Below are positions 31,003 to 32,000 of a DNA stretch of 32,000 nt, one piece after another. The DNA lies in the NCBI RefSeq assembly GCF_000009045.1, contig NC_000964.3, positions 3,600,001-3,632,000 of the forward strand, given 5' to 3'. The notes under the pieces are model-generated. The model saw only the letters and a list, made by a program, of their open reading frames with translations. It had not been told where the DNA came from and made no database searches. Numbering within the stretch: the stretch's first letter is position 1; every line of letters begins with the position of its first letter. The translations under genes were made by a program, and so were the position numbers. The DNA is from Bacillus subtilis subsp. subtilis str. 168 (GTDB taxonomy: Bacteria; Bacillota; Bacilli; Bacillales; Bacillaceae).

Positions 31003-31572
31003 TTATTCAGTCGGTTCAATTAAGCCATATTTCCCGTCATTTCTGCGGTACACGACATTTGTAAGGTTTGTTTCCGCATTTGTGAAAACAAAGAAATTAT
31101 GGCCGAGCATATTCATTTGCAAGATCGCTTCTTCACTATCCATCGGCTTTAAATTAAAGCGTTTCTGACGGACGATGTCCAAGCTCTCCTCCTCTTCTAT
31201 GTCATCCTGAACCGCAATATCTGTATCAGAGCCAAGACCGTTTGCCAATAAATATTTTGGAGAGCCCTGCTCACGGAATTTACGGTTTACTTTCGTTTTA
31301 TGCTTACGGATTTGACGTTCCAGTTTGTTTGTTGCGAGATCAATTGCGTTGTACATATCCTCGTTATGCACCTCGGACCGAAGCGCCAGATCTGTCATCG
31401 GAATCGTAACCTCAACCTTAGACTCCTTGTCATTGTAAAACTTCAAGTTGACGTTCACATCAGCATCCACGCTATGGTCAAAATAGCGCTCCAGCTTGCC
31501 GATCTTCCTCTCGACATGATCCTTTAACGCGGGTGTCACTTCAATATTTTCTCCTCTGATGTTATAGTTCAT
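31003..31572 (-). CDS. hpf: Long-type ribosome hibernation promoting factor (YvyD/Hpf)
   Basis: 189 aa; MNYNIRGENIEVTPALKDHVERKIGKLERYF and C-terminal VVYRRNDGKYGLIEP; SD GGGAGGCG upstream. Confidence 0.97.
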   Translation of the reverse strand: MNYNIRGENIEVTPALKDHVERKIGKLERYFDHSVDADVNVNLKFYNDKESKVEVTIPMTDLALRSEVHNEDMYNAIDLATNKLERQIRKHKTKVNRKFREQGSPKYLLANGLGSDTDIAVQDDIEEEESLDIVRQKRFNLKPMDSEEAILQMNMLGHNFFVFTNAETNLTNVVYRRNDGKYGLIEPTE

Positions 31573-31617
31573 CAAAGAACGCCTCCCTTTTATTAAGGAT
31601 ATGTATCTATTTCTCTT

Positions 31618-31643
31618 TTACCCTTTACAATTCCTGCTGAAAC
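31618..31643 (-). promoter_or_regulatory. Sigma-B promoter of hpf, overlapped by a sigma-H-like element
   Basis: Minus strand GTTTCA - 14 nt - GGGTAA (sigma-B); within it CAGGAATT ... AGAGAAAT resembles sigma-H. Confidence 0.85.
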
Positions 31644-31762
31644 ATAAATCTTTTGTGAAAATTCAGTGAACTTTGTCGAATTTTGTTTGTATTTGCTCTG
31701 TTATTGGCGGTTCGGAGGTATATGTATATGCTGATTGAACGAAACAAATACCTCACACACGC

Positions 31763-31984
31763 CTAATTGATTAAAAAGGGTTCCATACATTGATGAATAG
31801 ACAGCATCCATTTTCTATAATGAATCAGAAAATGTTCCTTTAAATACTCACAGAACTCATGAGAGGGAAAAGAGAAAGAGACCAATTGATCAAACTCCGC
31901 AAAAATTTGGTCAAATGCTTTCACACAAATTTCAGCACACCGCGAATCCATAATGAAGAGAAGTGTTGAATGTGTTGAATCCAA
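31763..31984 (-). CDS. Hypothetical small ORF upstream of hpf
   Basis: 73 aa ORF with TTG start, no clear SD. Coding status uncertain. Confidence 0.35.
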   Translation of the reverse strand: MDSTHSTLLFIMDSRCAEICVKAFDQIFAEFDQLVSFSFPSHEFCEYLKEHFLIHYRKWMLSIHQCMEPFLIN

Positions 31985-32000
31985 ATAAAAAAAGGCTTGG

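Noticed and set aside
30899-31168. 89 aa plus-strand ORF overlapping the hpf 3' end and its terminator
   Set aside because: Runs through the hpf terminator hairpin and antisense coding sequence, with no family signature.

Overview
This window is core chromosome of Bacillus subtilis, with gene order and protein sequences matching my recollection of the 168-type strain. On the minus strand I read yvnB (partial), cypX, yvmC, yvlD-C-B-A, yvzB, uvrA, uvrB, csbA, minJ, swrA, ctpB, ftsX, ftsE, cccB, yvjA, prfB, secA and hpf/yvyD. On the plus strand I read yvnA, yvmB, yvmA, yvkN, yvkC, yvkB and yvkA. There are no rRNAs, recognisable tRNAs, CRISPR arrays or transposons. I do not see a clearly undescribed large system. 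The most notable items are: (1) the cyclodipeptide synthase / P450 (pulcherriminic acid) cluster with several GTTTAC-type palindromic boxes in both divergent control regions; (2) swrA carrying a 9-bp A:T run that breaks the reading frame, the lab-domestication allele; (3) the programmed +1 frameshift in prfB; (4) a hag C-terminal fragment with a hag-like terminator (yvzB) placed directly behind the uvrA terminator; (5) a near-consensus sigma-A promoter with a perfect 10-bp-arm dyad over the predicted start site upstream of a rifampin-phosphotransferase-like gene; (6) a strong orphan plus-strand terminator between csbA and that promoter, hinting at a small RNA; (7) clear alternative-sigma promoters (sigma-W for yvlABCD, sigma-B/sigma-H for hpf, probable sigma-B for csbA).
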